A DNA stretch of 64,000 nucleotides from an uncultured Candidatus Kuenenia sp. (GTDB taxonomy: Bacteria; Planctomycetota; Planctomycetia; Pirellulales; UBA1268): NCBI GenBank assembly GCA_964545915.1, contig CAZJHQ010000013.1:1572-65571 (forward strand), given 5' to 3'. Within the stretch, counting starts at the first letter, position 1; each line of letters opens with the position of its first letter. Of this stretch, positions 9,508-18,102 are shown one piece after another. A model generated the notes under the pieces. The model searched no databases. It was not told the origin of the DNA and worked only from the letters and a program-made list of their open reading frames with translations. A program made the translations under genes and the position numbers.

Positions 9508-10791
9508 ATGATCCGCCAGACGACGACCTCCGCCAGCCCCGCCCCAGCCACCTCGGCGCCCGAGGAAGCCTTGCTGCCGTCCGTGCCGCTCCTGGCCCTC
9601 GACCGGCAGCACGCGGCGCTGCGGGAGCAGATCCGGGCGGCGATCGACCGCGTGGTGGACTCCGGACGATTCGTCCTCGGTCCCGACGTGAACGACCTCG
9701 AGGCGGAACTGGCCCGGGCGCTCGACGTGCCCCATGTCATCTCCTGCGCGTCCGGCAGCGACGCCCTGCTGTTGGCGCTGATGGCGCTCGGCGTCGGCGC
9801 CGGCGACGAGGTGGTCGTGCCGAGCTACACGTTCTTCGCCACCGCCAGCGCCGTGACCCGCCTGGGCGCGGTGCCGATCTTCGCCGACATCGATCCCCAG
9901 ACGTACCTCGTCGATCCGATTGACGTGGAGCGGAAGATCAGCCGCCGTTGCAAGGCCATCGTCCCGGTTCACCTCTTCGGCCGGACGGCCGACATGGACG
10001 CCCTGCTGCCGATCGCGAAGCGAGCCGGCGTGCCCGTGGTGGAGGACGCCGCACAGTCGATCCTCTCCACCTGGCACGGCCGCTGCTCCGGGGCCCTCGG
10101 CGACGTGGGCTGTTTCAGCTTCTATCCCACGAAGAACCTCGGTGGCATCGGCGACGGCGGTTTTCTGACGACGACCCGTGACGACATCGCCAAGTCGCTC
10201 AAGCTGCTTCGCGTCCACGGGATGGAGCCGCGGTATTACCACCAGCTGATCGGGATCAACAGCCGACTCGATTCGATCCAGGCGGCGGTCCTGCGGGTCA
10301 AGCTGCCGCACCTCGACGCCTGGTCCACCGCTCGGCAGGTCAACGCCGCGCGGTACGGCGAACTGTTCGCCGCCGCCGATCTCGCCGGCTGCGTCACGGT
10401 GCCCGGAGAGGAGCCGCGCGGCCGGCACGTGTGGAATCAATACGTCGTTCGCATCGCCGCCGGCCAGCGCGATGCGCTGCGTGCCCACCTCGCCGCCCAC
10501 GGGGTCGGCAGCGAGATCTACTATCCCGTGCCGCTCCACGTGCAGCAGTGCTTCGAGCACCTGGGATGGCGGACGGGCGATCTGCCGCACACCGAGCAGG
10601 CGGCGACGGAAACCCTGGCCCTGCCGATCTTCCCCGAACTGACGGCCGCCGAGCAGCGGACCGTCGTCGCCCGGATCGCGGAGTTCTTCCACGCCTCCCG
10701 ACCGGCGGCGACCATCCCCGCCACCGAAACGCTTCGCGGTCCGCACTTCCTCCGCCGCGCCGTGGGCAAGGCCGACGAAGTCCGTTCCTGA
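9508..10791 (+). CDS. DegT/DnrJ/EryC1/StrS PLP-dependent aminotransferase
   Basis: CASGSDAL, PSYTFFATA, VEDAAQS and SFYPTKNLG. GGAG precedes ATG 9508; the start is uncertain. Confidence 0.9.
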   Translation: MIRQTTTSASPAPATSAPEEALLPSVPLLALDRQHAALREQIRAAIDRVVDSGRFVLGPDVNDLEAELARALDVPHVISCASGSDALLLALMALGVGAGDEVVVPSYTFFATASAVTRLGAVPIFADIDPQTYLVDPIDVERKISRRCKAIVPVHLFGRTADMDALLPIAKRAGVPVVEDAAQSILSTWHGRCSGALGDVGCFSFYPTKNLGGIGDGGFLTTTRDDIAKSLKLLRVHGMEPRYYHQLIGINSRLDSIQAAVLRVKLPHLDAWSTARQVNAARYGELFAAADLAGCVTVPGEEPRGRHVWNQYVVRIAAGQRDALRAHLAAHGVGSEIYYPVPLHVQQCFEHLGWRTGDLPHTEQAATETLALPIFPELTAAEQRTVVARIAEFFHASRPAATIPATETLRGPHFLRRAVGKADEVRS

Positions 10792-10810
10792 ACGCTCCGC
10801 AAACGGCCCG

Positions 10811-10918
10811 TCAGGCGTCCTTGTCCGGATCGAAACGGCGGCTCGGGCGACAGACGATGAAGGTGCCCAGGGCGATGAGCAGGCCCATCAGCAGGTAGGC
10901 CAGAAGGTATTTCGACAT
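10811..10918 (-). CDS. 35-aa small membrane protein (MSKYLLAYLLMGLLIALGTFIVCRPSRRFDPDKDA)
   Basis: Clean ATG..TGA frame with one hydrophobic helix and a basic RPSRR tail. It fills the gap between degT and top6A and is below the ORF-track cutoff. Confidence 0.55.
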   Translation of the reverse strand: MSKYLLAYLLMGLLIALGTFIVCRPSRRFDPDKDA

Positions 10919-10994
10919 GCGTGCGGCCCGCGGACGGGGAGGGTAGGATGCTGGCCGGTTTCGGCCCCGCACCCGCCCGACACTCTATCCGAAG

Positions 10995-12137
10995 ATGGCC
11001 CCGAAGACGAAACGCATGCCCAAGGCGGCGGCCGGCACACTGCCGCCGGTCGATCGCAAGACCCGCTCGCTGATCATCGAGCTGGCCGACCAGGTGGCCG
11101 CCGCCGCCGACAAGCGCCGCGACCCACACCTCGACATCCCCACCCGCAGCCTCTCGAACGTCCGCTTCAACAAGGCGCGGAAGATCATCGAGATGGGGGG
11201 CCAGACCAACCGGCGGCAGCTCTTCAACCTGGCGCAGGCCAAGAGCTACATGCAGACCCTGCTCGTGGCCACCGGCTGCAAGCAGCTCATCGACCAGCAG
11301 AAGACCACCAGCATCCGCGGTCTCTACTACCTGCTCAAGCACACGATCGAGGGCACCCGCGAGGAGACGTTCGCCACGCAGGAGGAGTGCGACCCGATCA
11401 TCGAGGACCTCGAGGTCACGCTGGAGAGCCTCCGCGAGGAACTGCACGTCTACGCCAGCAACCGTGGCGGCATGGTGGGGCCGATCACGCTCATCGACTC
11501 GGGCGACGAGATCGACTGCTCGCGCATGGGATCGGGCGGCTACTCGATTCCGTCGATCGTCGAGGCCGACATCGTCAAGTTCAAATCCTGCGACGCGAAG
11601 TTCATCCTCCACGTCGAGAAGGACACGGTCTGGCGGCGGTTCAACGAGGACAAGTTCTGGCGGAAGCACCAGTGCCTGCTCACGCATGGCGGCGGCCAGC
11701 CTCCCCGGGGCGTCCGCCGCATGCTCTACCGGCTCCACAACGAGCTCAAACTGCCCGTCTACTGTCTGCTCGACAACGATCCCTGGGGCTACTACATCTA
11801 CTCGGTGCTCAAGCAGGGCTCGATCAACCTGGCCTACGAGTCGAAGCGGATGGCCATCCCCGAGGCCCGCTTCCTCGGCATCCGCTCCCGCGACTACCAG
11901 CGGTGCAAGCTCTCCCCGAGCGTGCAGATCGCCCTCAACGACACCGACATCAAGCGGGCCAAGCAGATCGCGGCCTACCCGTGGTTCGCGGGCAAGAAGG
12001 CCTGGCAGAAGGAGATCGAGACCATGCTCGCCAACGGCTTCAAGCTGGAGGTGGAGTCGCTGATCTCGAAGGACATCAGCTACGTGACCGACACGTACAC
12101 GCCCGAGCGGCTCTCGGAGGCCGACTGGCTGGATTGA
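10995..12137 (+). CDS. top6A: DNA topoisomerase VI subunit A (Spo11/Top6A family)
   Basis: SIRGLYY catalytic Tyr motif, and TOPRIM motifs ILHVEKDTV and LDNDPWG. Confidence 0.9.
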   Translation: MAPKTKRMPKAAAGTLPPVDRKTRSLIIELADQVAAAADKRRDPHLDIPTRSLSNVRFNKARKIIEMGGQTNRRQLFNLAQAKSYMQTLLVATGCKQLIDQQKTTSIRGLYYLLKHTIEGTREETFATQEECDPIIEDLEVTLESLREELHVYASNRGGMVGPITLIDSGDEIDCSRMGSGGYSIPSIVEADIVKFKSCDAKFILHVEKDTVWRRFNEDKFWRKHQCLLTHGGGQPPRGVRRMLYRLHNELKLPVYCLLDNDPWGYYIYSVLKQGSINLAYESKRMAIPEARFLGIRSRDYQRCKLSPSVQIALNDTDIKRAKQIAAYPWFAGKKAWQKEIETMLANGFKLEVESLISKDISYVTDTYTPERLSEADWLD

Positions 12138-12138
12138 A

Positions 12139-12215
12139 TTCACGCCTGCGGGGCCATCCATGGCCCCCGCAGGCTTGGCCCGGCGTGGTCGCAGCCAAGG
12201 TGCGACCAGCCGGGC
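12139..12215. repeat. REP-like hairpin (GCCATCCATGGC family), copy 2
   Basis: Matches 5851-5927 with compensatory stem changes; lies directly after the top6A stop. Confidence 0.8.
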
Positions 12216-12399
12216 AGGCGGTCGCACCTCCGGGCGACCGTGCCGCCGCGGAGCGGCGGCTCGACGACGCTTCGATCCGAGCCGCATTGGGCCGCAGCAC
12301 GCAGCGCGGCCTGCGGCCGCTGCGTGCGAGTCATCCGCGCACATCACGCCCGCTGCTAGGAAGCCCGAAGCGGAAGCTGAGGGAATACGCGGCGCCTTT

Positions 12400-13260
12400 C
12401 CGGAAACATGGCCGCATTCCCTCGGCTCACGCCTCGGGCTTCAAGGGCACCAAGGCGGAACCAAAAAAGAACAAAACAACCAACCACCGTCGTGACCCGC
12501 TGCCAGAAATCACGAAACGCAAAACAGCTCACGCTCGAGCCTCGCCCACGAACGGCTCCTGCACGCCAACCGTCAGGGCGGGGTTGCCCATGCCCCAGGA
12601 GCCGGCGTGGCTGACCAGCGGAGGCATGGATGCCGAAGCGCAGGCAGCCTCGAGAGAGCGGTGGCCACGATGGCCACCGCGAACGTCCGGCGATGGGGCG
12701 TGGGCAGCCCCGACCAGCGCCACGCATGAGGTTCACGTATGCTGCGTACGCTGCGGAAAGACGCGTCGCCTCACCGGAAACATGGCCGCATTCCCTCGGC
12801 TCACGCCTCGGGCTTCAAGGACACCAGGGCGGAACCAAAGAAGAACAAAACAACCAACGACCGTCGTGACCCGCTACCGGGAAAGCTTGAAGCGCCATGC
12901 GGCTCACGCTCGAGCCTCGCCCACGAATGGCTCCTGCACGCCAACGGTCAGGGCGGGGTTGCCCATGCCCCAGGAGCCGGCGTGGCTGACCAGCGGAGGC
13001 ATGGATGCCGAAGCGCAGGCAGCCTCGAGAGAGCGGTGGCCACGATGGCCACCGCGAACGTCCGGCGATGGGGCGTGGGCAGCCCCGACCAGCGCCACGC
13101 ATGAGGTTCACGTATGCTGCGTACGCTGCGGAAAGACGCGTCGCCTCACCGGAAACATGGCCGCATTCCCTCGGCTCACGCCTCGGGCTTCAAGGACACC
13201 AGGGCGGAACCAAAGAAGAACAAAACAACCAACGACCGTCGTGACCCGCTGCCGGGAAGC
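12400..13260. repeat. Tandem direct repeat, ~375-bp unit, ~2.3 copies
   Basis: The anchor ATGGCCGCATTCCC recurs at 12408, 12782 and 13157 (spacing 374/375). Identical translated fragments are offset by 375. Confidence 0.9.
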
Positions 13261-13277
13261 ACGAGGCGCAATACCGC

Positions 13278-14114
13278 TCACGCCTCCTCGCGGAGCAGCG
13301 GCGGGGGCTCCTCGAAGTCCTCGAGTTCCGGCGGGAGCTGCAGCTGCCGCATCGTCTCGTCGGTCTTCCGCATGCCCTCGGCCACCTCGTCCACCCGCTG
13401 GGCGATGTCGCTCACGTCACGCTTCGCCACGGAACCCTCCGCGAGGGCGGCGATCTTGGCCTCCAGCCGCTCGACCTCCGCTCCCACCACGTCGAGCTTC
13501 CGCCGCGCCTCCTCGATGTTGGCCAGCCGCTCGCGGCTCGTCTTCAGGTGGTCCTCGAGGGCCGCCCGCATCTGCGCATCCCCCTCCGCCGGCAGCCGCG
13601 CCAGCCGCCGCTCCAGGTCGGCGATCCGCGCCCGGATCGAGCCGTCGTCGGTGTGGTCGAGGAACTCGGAAAGATTGGCGGCCCCCCAGATCATCCGCAG
13701 ATAGCCCCACAGCAGCCTGTCCAGCGACTCGAGCGTGCCACCGTCGGGCCCGCGGGCGTCCGGCCCCCGCATGCTGCCGGCCAGTTCCAGCAGCTTCAGG
13801 CAATGGTCGCGGAGCTGGTCGAACCGGGCGAGCAGCGGCCGCGGCAGCCGCTTGCGAATCCGCTCGTAGGCCTCGCGGGCGCCGACGGCCTCGGCGGCAC
13901 GGCGGGCCTTGGCGCCCTGGGCCTCGACAGCGCTGCGGAACCGATCGTTGGCGAGCATGCTCGCCAGGTAGAAGACCTCGGCGGCGACCACCAAGGGCAG
14001 GACCACGCCGGGAAACCCGCTGATGAACGCCGCCGCGACGCCGCCACCGAAGAGGAGCAGGTTCCACTTCGTGGTGAAGGCGGTCTTCAGGTAGGCACCA
14101 AAACGCTCGAACAC
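13278..14114 (-). CDS. Membrane-anchored coiled-coil protein of unknown function (last gene of the PspA/AAA/ABC operon)
   Basis: Two N-terminal TM segments followed by a long charged helical region. The GTG start overlaps the upstream TAG. Confidence 0.8.
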   Translation of the reverse strand: MFERFGAYLKTAFTTKWNLLLFGGGVAAAFISGFPGVVLPLVVAAEVFYLASMLANDRFRSAVEAQGAKARRAAEAVGAREAYERIRKRLPRPLLARFDQLRDHCLKLLELAGSMRGPDARGPDGGTLESLDRLLWGYLRMIWGAANLSEFLDHTDDGSIRARIADLERRLARLPAEGDAQMRAALEDHLKTSRERLANIEEARRKLDVVGAEVERLEAKIAALAEGSVAKRDVSDIAQRVDEVAEGMRKTDETMRQLQLPPELEDFEEPPPLLREEA

Positions 14115-15013
14115 TAGCGGAGGGCTCCATCAGGCCGCTTGGCGGCCGCCTCGACCTGCTCGATCCGGGCGTGCAGGGCGTTGACGTGCTCGTGGAACCA
14201 GGGCTCCGACTGGGTTTCACGGGCGGGAGCCGAGGCGGCCGGCATGCGGATCTCCTCGGCGATCCGCCCCGGCGTGGTCGCCATCACGAACACGCGGTCA
14301 CCCAGATACACCGCCTCCTCCACCGAGTGCGTCACGAACAGCACGGTCGCCTGCACCTCCCGCCACAGCTTCACCAGCAGGTCCTGCATGTCGAGCCGCG
14401 TCGCCGGATCGAGGGCCCCGAAGGGCTCGTCCATGAGGATCACCCGCGGCCGCAGGATGAGCGTGCGGGCGATCGCCACCCGCTGCCGCATGCCGCCGGA
14501 GAGCTCGTGCGGATACTTCGTCGCGTCACGCCGCGGGTCGAGGCCGACCTTGGCCACCCATTCGCGGGCCTCGGCCTCCCGCTGCCGGCGGGGCACACCG
14601 TGGCACTCGAGGCCGAAGGCGACGTTGTCGAGCACGGTGCGGTTGTCGAAGCTCGTGTAGTCCTGGAACACCATGCCGCGGTCGGCCCCCGGCCCGACGA
14701 CCTCGCGGCCCAGCACCTTCACCGTGCCGCTCGTCGGGGGGTGCTGCGGCCCGAGGCCGGCGACGAGCCGGAGCACCGTGCTCTTGCCGCAGCCGCTGGG
14801 GCCCAGGAACGAGGAGATCTCGCCGTGGTCGGCCACGTCGGGGATCGTGAAGCTCACATCCGAGATCGCCACGGACTCCCGCGGCGTGCCCTGGCCGTAG
14901 ATCTTGGTCACATTCCGGAACTCGACGGCCGCCGGCCGATCGGTCGCCGCGCCGGGCACGACCGCGGGAGCCGGCTCCGCGGCTGGCTGCGGTGCTGGCG
15001 TCTGCTCGCTCAT
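14114..15013 (-). CDS. ABC transporter ATP-binding protein (SsuB/TauB/CmpD-like)
   Basis: GPSGCGKST, LSGGMRQR, ILMDEPF and VTH motifs. Confidence 0.92.
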   Translation of the reverse strand: MSEQTPAPQPAAEPAPAVVPGAATDRPAAVEFRNVTKIYGQGTPRESVAISDVSFTIPDVADHGEISSFLGPSGCGKSTVLRLVAGLGPQHPPTSGTVKVLGREVVGPGADRGMVFQDYTSFDNRTVLDNVAFGLECHGVPRRQREAEAREWVAKVGLDPRRDATKYPHELSGGMRQRVAIARTLILRPRVILMDEPFGALDPATRLDMQDLLVKLWREVQATVLFVTHSVEEAVYLGDRVFVMATTPGRIAEEIRMPAASAPARETQSEPWFHEHVNALHARIEQVEAAAKRPDGALR

Positions 15014-15918
15014 GCCACGGCCTCCGCGGGGGCGGCCGCGCCGTGCAGCACGCGGCGCAGCAGCTTCGGCAGCCAGCCGCGGCCGCCGTAGCGATGGGGA
15101 AACAGGTCGCACTGCAGCCACCACAACAGCCGGTCGATGGCGTAGGCGATCAGCGGGATGACCACGAGCACGATCAGGATCGGCTCCCGCTCCCCGCGCC
15201 GCTGCGAGACGTTGATCAGGTCGCCGAGCCCGCCGGTGTCACCGCCGAGCTTCACCACCTCGGCCAGCATCACGTAGCCGAAGGCGATGCCGAACAGCAG
15301 CCGCAGCGAGTTGAAGATCGCGGGCGCCGCCAGCGGGACGAGCACCTTGAGGATGATCTGCAGCCGCGAGGCCCCGAGGGTGCGGGCCGTGTCCACGTAC
15401 CGCTCGGGCACCTCCAGCACGGCCGCCGCCGTGTCACTCACCACGAAGGCCACGCTGGCGATGAACAGGAACATCACCTTCTGGAACTCACCGATTCCAA
15501 AAAAGAAGAACGTCAGGGGAATGAGGGCCGCCACGGGGATGTTGCGGCCGAAGATCGTGAGCGGGGCCACGAAGGCCCGCACGGCGGGAAAGCAGGCGGC
15601 CCACACGCCCAGCGGCACGCCGACGAGCCCGGCAAGCCCGAAGCCGAGCACGACCCGCTTGAGCGTCACGAGCGTGTTGGCCACGAGCCGCCGCTCGCCA
15701 AAGGCGGCCGGCACCGCGGAGAGCGTCTCCGCGGGGCTCGGCAGCGTGGCGGGGCTGATGAACCGGCTCTCCGCGTCACCGGCCGTGGCCACGAACCACA
15801 AGGCGGCGACGCTCGCCACGCACGTCAGCCCCCAGAGGAAGGCCGTGCCCGGCCCGGCCGCGCCGCGGAGCGGCCGGGCCGGCACCGACGGCGGCGCCGG
15901 GGCGGTCGCGGGCGTCAT
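15010..15918 (-). CDS. ABC transporter permease (SsuC/TauC-like)
   Basis: Multiple TM helices and an EAA-like loop (DTARTLGASRLQI); ATGA coupling at both ends. Confidence 0.9.
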   Translation of the reverse strand: MTPATAPAPPSVPARPLRGAAGPGTAFLWGLTCVASVAALWFVATAGDAESRFISPATLPSPAETLSAVPAAFGERRLVANTLVTLKRVVLGFGLAGLVGVPLGVWAACFPAVRAFVAPLTIFGRNIPVAALIPLTFFFFGIGEFQKVMFLFIASVAFVVSDTAAAVLEVPERYVDTARTLGASRLQIILKVLVPLAAPAIFNSLRLLFGIAFGYVMLAEVVKLGGDTGGLGDLINVSQRRGEREPILIVLVVIPLIAYAIDRLLWWLQCDLFPHRYGGRGWLPKLLRRVLHGAAAPAEAVA

Positions 15919-17675
15919 TCCTTCTCCGCAGCGTAGACCTTGATCTCCACCCGCCGGTTGAGCGCGTGGTTGTCGGGGTGGTCGTCATCCGCCGGGCGTT
16001 CCCAGCCGAGACCATCCACGGCGAAGCGGTTGTCGTCGAACTTGAACTTCCCGACGAGGGCGTCCTTCACGGCCCGGGCCCGCTGCAGCGAAAGCTCGCG
16101 GACCATCGCCGCGGGCACGGCGCCGCGCATCGAGGCGTCGGTGTGCCCTTCGACCACGATCCGGGCGTTGCCGAACTGCTTGGCGAGCATGCCCGCCTCG
16201 TCGAGCACCGCGTCGACGCGGGGATCGTATGGCTCCTCCGTGTCCTTGCCATCGACCTTGCGGATCACCTTCTTCCGCAGGTCGGCGCTGTTTGGGAAGA
16301 AGTGGATCACGATCGTGTTGGTGAGGATCTCCTCGTTCTCGGCCCGAATCTGCTGCACCGTCTTCGGCGCCACGGCGGCCGTGTACTCATCCTGCGTCTC
16401 GGCATATTTGGGCTCGGCCCCGAGCTTTTGGATCACGGAGAAGTCCATCACCTGATCGAAGGACACGGGGTTGTTCGCGATCGCCCCGATCCGTCGGTAG
16501 AGCATGTAGGCCTGCTTCCAGATCCGCTCGAAGTTGGCCGGGTTGTTGCGATTGAGAAAGAACTGGTAGTTCTCGGCCCAGTTCGTGGAGTGGGCGTCGC
16601 CGAGCATCGTCAGCGCATCGGTCGCCGGGATCGCGTACCCGTCGGCCATGAGCTGGGCGACCTGGGTGCGGGCGGTCTCCGTCTTGAGTTCGGTCATGGC
16701 GTCGAAGATCCCGCGGACGATGGCCTCGATCTTGTCGGGGTGGTCCTTGGCGAAGTCGGCCCGGGCGAACCAGACGTCGGCGATCAGACGGTTGGCCGTC
16801 TGCGTGGTGACGAGCATCCGGTTGCCCTTCGCCTCGGCGAGGTTGTAGATGTCGGGAGCCCAGGAGACGCAGCCGGCGAGGCTCTTGTCGCGGCTGAAGG
16901 CCGCCGCCGCCTCGAAGGCCGTGTTGACGTACACCATCTCCACGTCGGCCGGCTGGAGGCCGCCCGCCACGAGCATGTTGAGGGCGAAGAACTGGCTCGG
17001 CGAATTCTGGGCCATCACCAGCCTCTTGCCGGCCAGATCCTTGACCGTCTTGATCGATTCGCGGACGACGATCCCGTCGCCGCCGTTGGAGAAGTCGACC
17101 TGCTGGAAGACGCGGGGCATGATCCGCGAGTCCTTGGCGAAACTGTCGATGAACAGGGGGAGCATGTCGAGCGTGGCCCAGCCGATGTGCACCTCACCCG
17201 CCGCGTAGGCGTCGCGCATCTGCACGGGGTCGTCGATGAGCACGAGCTCCACCTTGAAAGGCTTGCCCCCGGCCGCCTGCCAGACCTTGCCCGGCTTGAA
17301 GCCGTTGTTGGCCCGGATGATCGGCGCCCAGCCGGCCCACACGTTGAGGGCGAACTTGACGGTCTCGTCCTGGAGCGGCTTGTAGCCGCTCACGCCCTTG
17401 ACCGGCGGCAGCCGCTCGGCCGGCTTGAACGTGTATTCCTTGACCGTCGTGGGCACGGAGACGTCAGGCGCCTCGGTCATGCCCTCGACGCCGCCGCCAT
17501 CACCGCCACCGCCGGCCGGCCCACCCCCCGCCATCGGCCGCTGCCCGCCGACGGCACCGGGCCGGCCGAATCCGAAGGGCTCGAGCATGCCGGCCCGCCA
17601 CGCGGAAAGCCCCACGAGGCCGAGGATCACGGCCCACACTGCCAGCCAGAAGGGAGCCTTGGGTTGACCAGCCAT
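15915..17675 (-). CDS. NMT1/THI5-like ABC solute-binding protein fused to a C-terminal OmpA-like domain
   Basis: N-terminal TM anchor, SBP motifs (WAGWAP, DFSNGGDGIV) and OmpA_C motifs (VEGHTD, LSLQRARAV, NRRVEI). Confidence 0.85.
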   Translation of the reverse strand: MAGQPKAPFWLAVWAVILGLVGLSAWRAGMLEPFGFGRPGAVGGQRPMAGGGPAGGGGDGGGVEGMTEAPDVSVPTTVKEYTFKPAERLPPVKGVSGYKPLQDETVKFALNVWAGWAPIIRANNGFKPGKVWQAAGGKPFKVELVLIDDPVQMRDAYAAGEVHIGWATLDMLPLFIDSFAKDSRIMPRVFQQVDFSNGGDGIVVRESIKTVKDLAGKRLVMAQNSPSQFFALNMLVAGGLQPADVEMVYVNTAFEAAAAFSRDKSLAGCVSWAPDIYNLAEAKGNRMLVTTQTANRLIADVWFARADFAKDHPDKIEAIVRGIFDAMTELKTETARTQVAQLMADGYAIPATDALTMLGDAHSTNWAENYQFFLNRNNPANFERIWKQAYMLYRRIGAIANNPVSFDQVMDFSVIQKLGAEPKYAETQDEYTAAVAPKTVQQIRAENEEILTNTIVIHFFPNSADLRKKVIRKVDGKDTEEPYDPRVDAVLDEAGMLAKQFGNARIVVEGHTDASMRGAVPAAMVRELSLQRARAVKDALVGKFKFDDNRFAVDGLGWERPADDDHPDNHALNRRVEIKVYAAEKE

Positions 17676-17738
17676 CGAGAAGCCTCGCGGAAAAGGGAAG
17701 GGTGCGATCGCGGACGGCGGCGCCGTCCCCGGGCGGCA

Positions 17739-18044
17739 TCAGCCGCGGAAGACGGTCTTGGGCCGCGCCTTGCCGGCCATGTGCAGCGCGTGCATCAGGT
17801 CGTAGGCCGTGACCTCACAGAGCAGCCGGGTGACCTTCTCGTGAGCCTCGGGCGAGAGCAGCGGCTCGACCTCCTTCATGAGATCGACCACCCGCTTCTC
17901 CTGAGCCGCGAGCTCCTTCGATTCGACCACCGCGTCGGAGATGGCGTCGATGAAGGAGTCGAGCTTGCGGGCGTACTCGGCGAGCAGCGGCGCCTCGGTG
18001 GCGTCGTCGAACCAGGGGGTCTTGCCTGCGGATGCCTGGGCCAT
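17739..18044 (-). CDS. Small acidic helical protein (101 aa) of unknown function
   Basis: Good codon usage and SD (AGGAG); operonic position between the AAA ATPase and the SBP. Confidence 0.8.
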   Translation of the reverse strand: MAQASAGKTPWFDDATEAPLLAEYARKLDSFIDAISDAVVESKELAAQEKRVVDLMKEVEPLLSPEAHEKVTRLLCEVTAYDLMHALHMAGKARPKTVFRG

Positions 18045-18102
18045 GGTGAAGTCTCCTGCGAGGGGTCTGGGAAACGGGCGGGGGCGGTCGGGCCGGCGGT
18101 CG

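Noticed and set aside
12400-13260. Possible CRISPR array
   Set aside because: Units are 375 bp and repeated in full, with no unique spacers and no cas genes in the window.
11387-14023. 878-aa + strand ORF with internal repeats
   Set aside because: It is an off-frame read through top6A, the 375-bp tandem repeat and an antisense gene, with low-complexity R/P/A composition.
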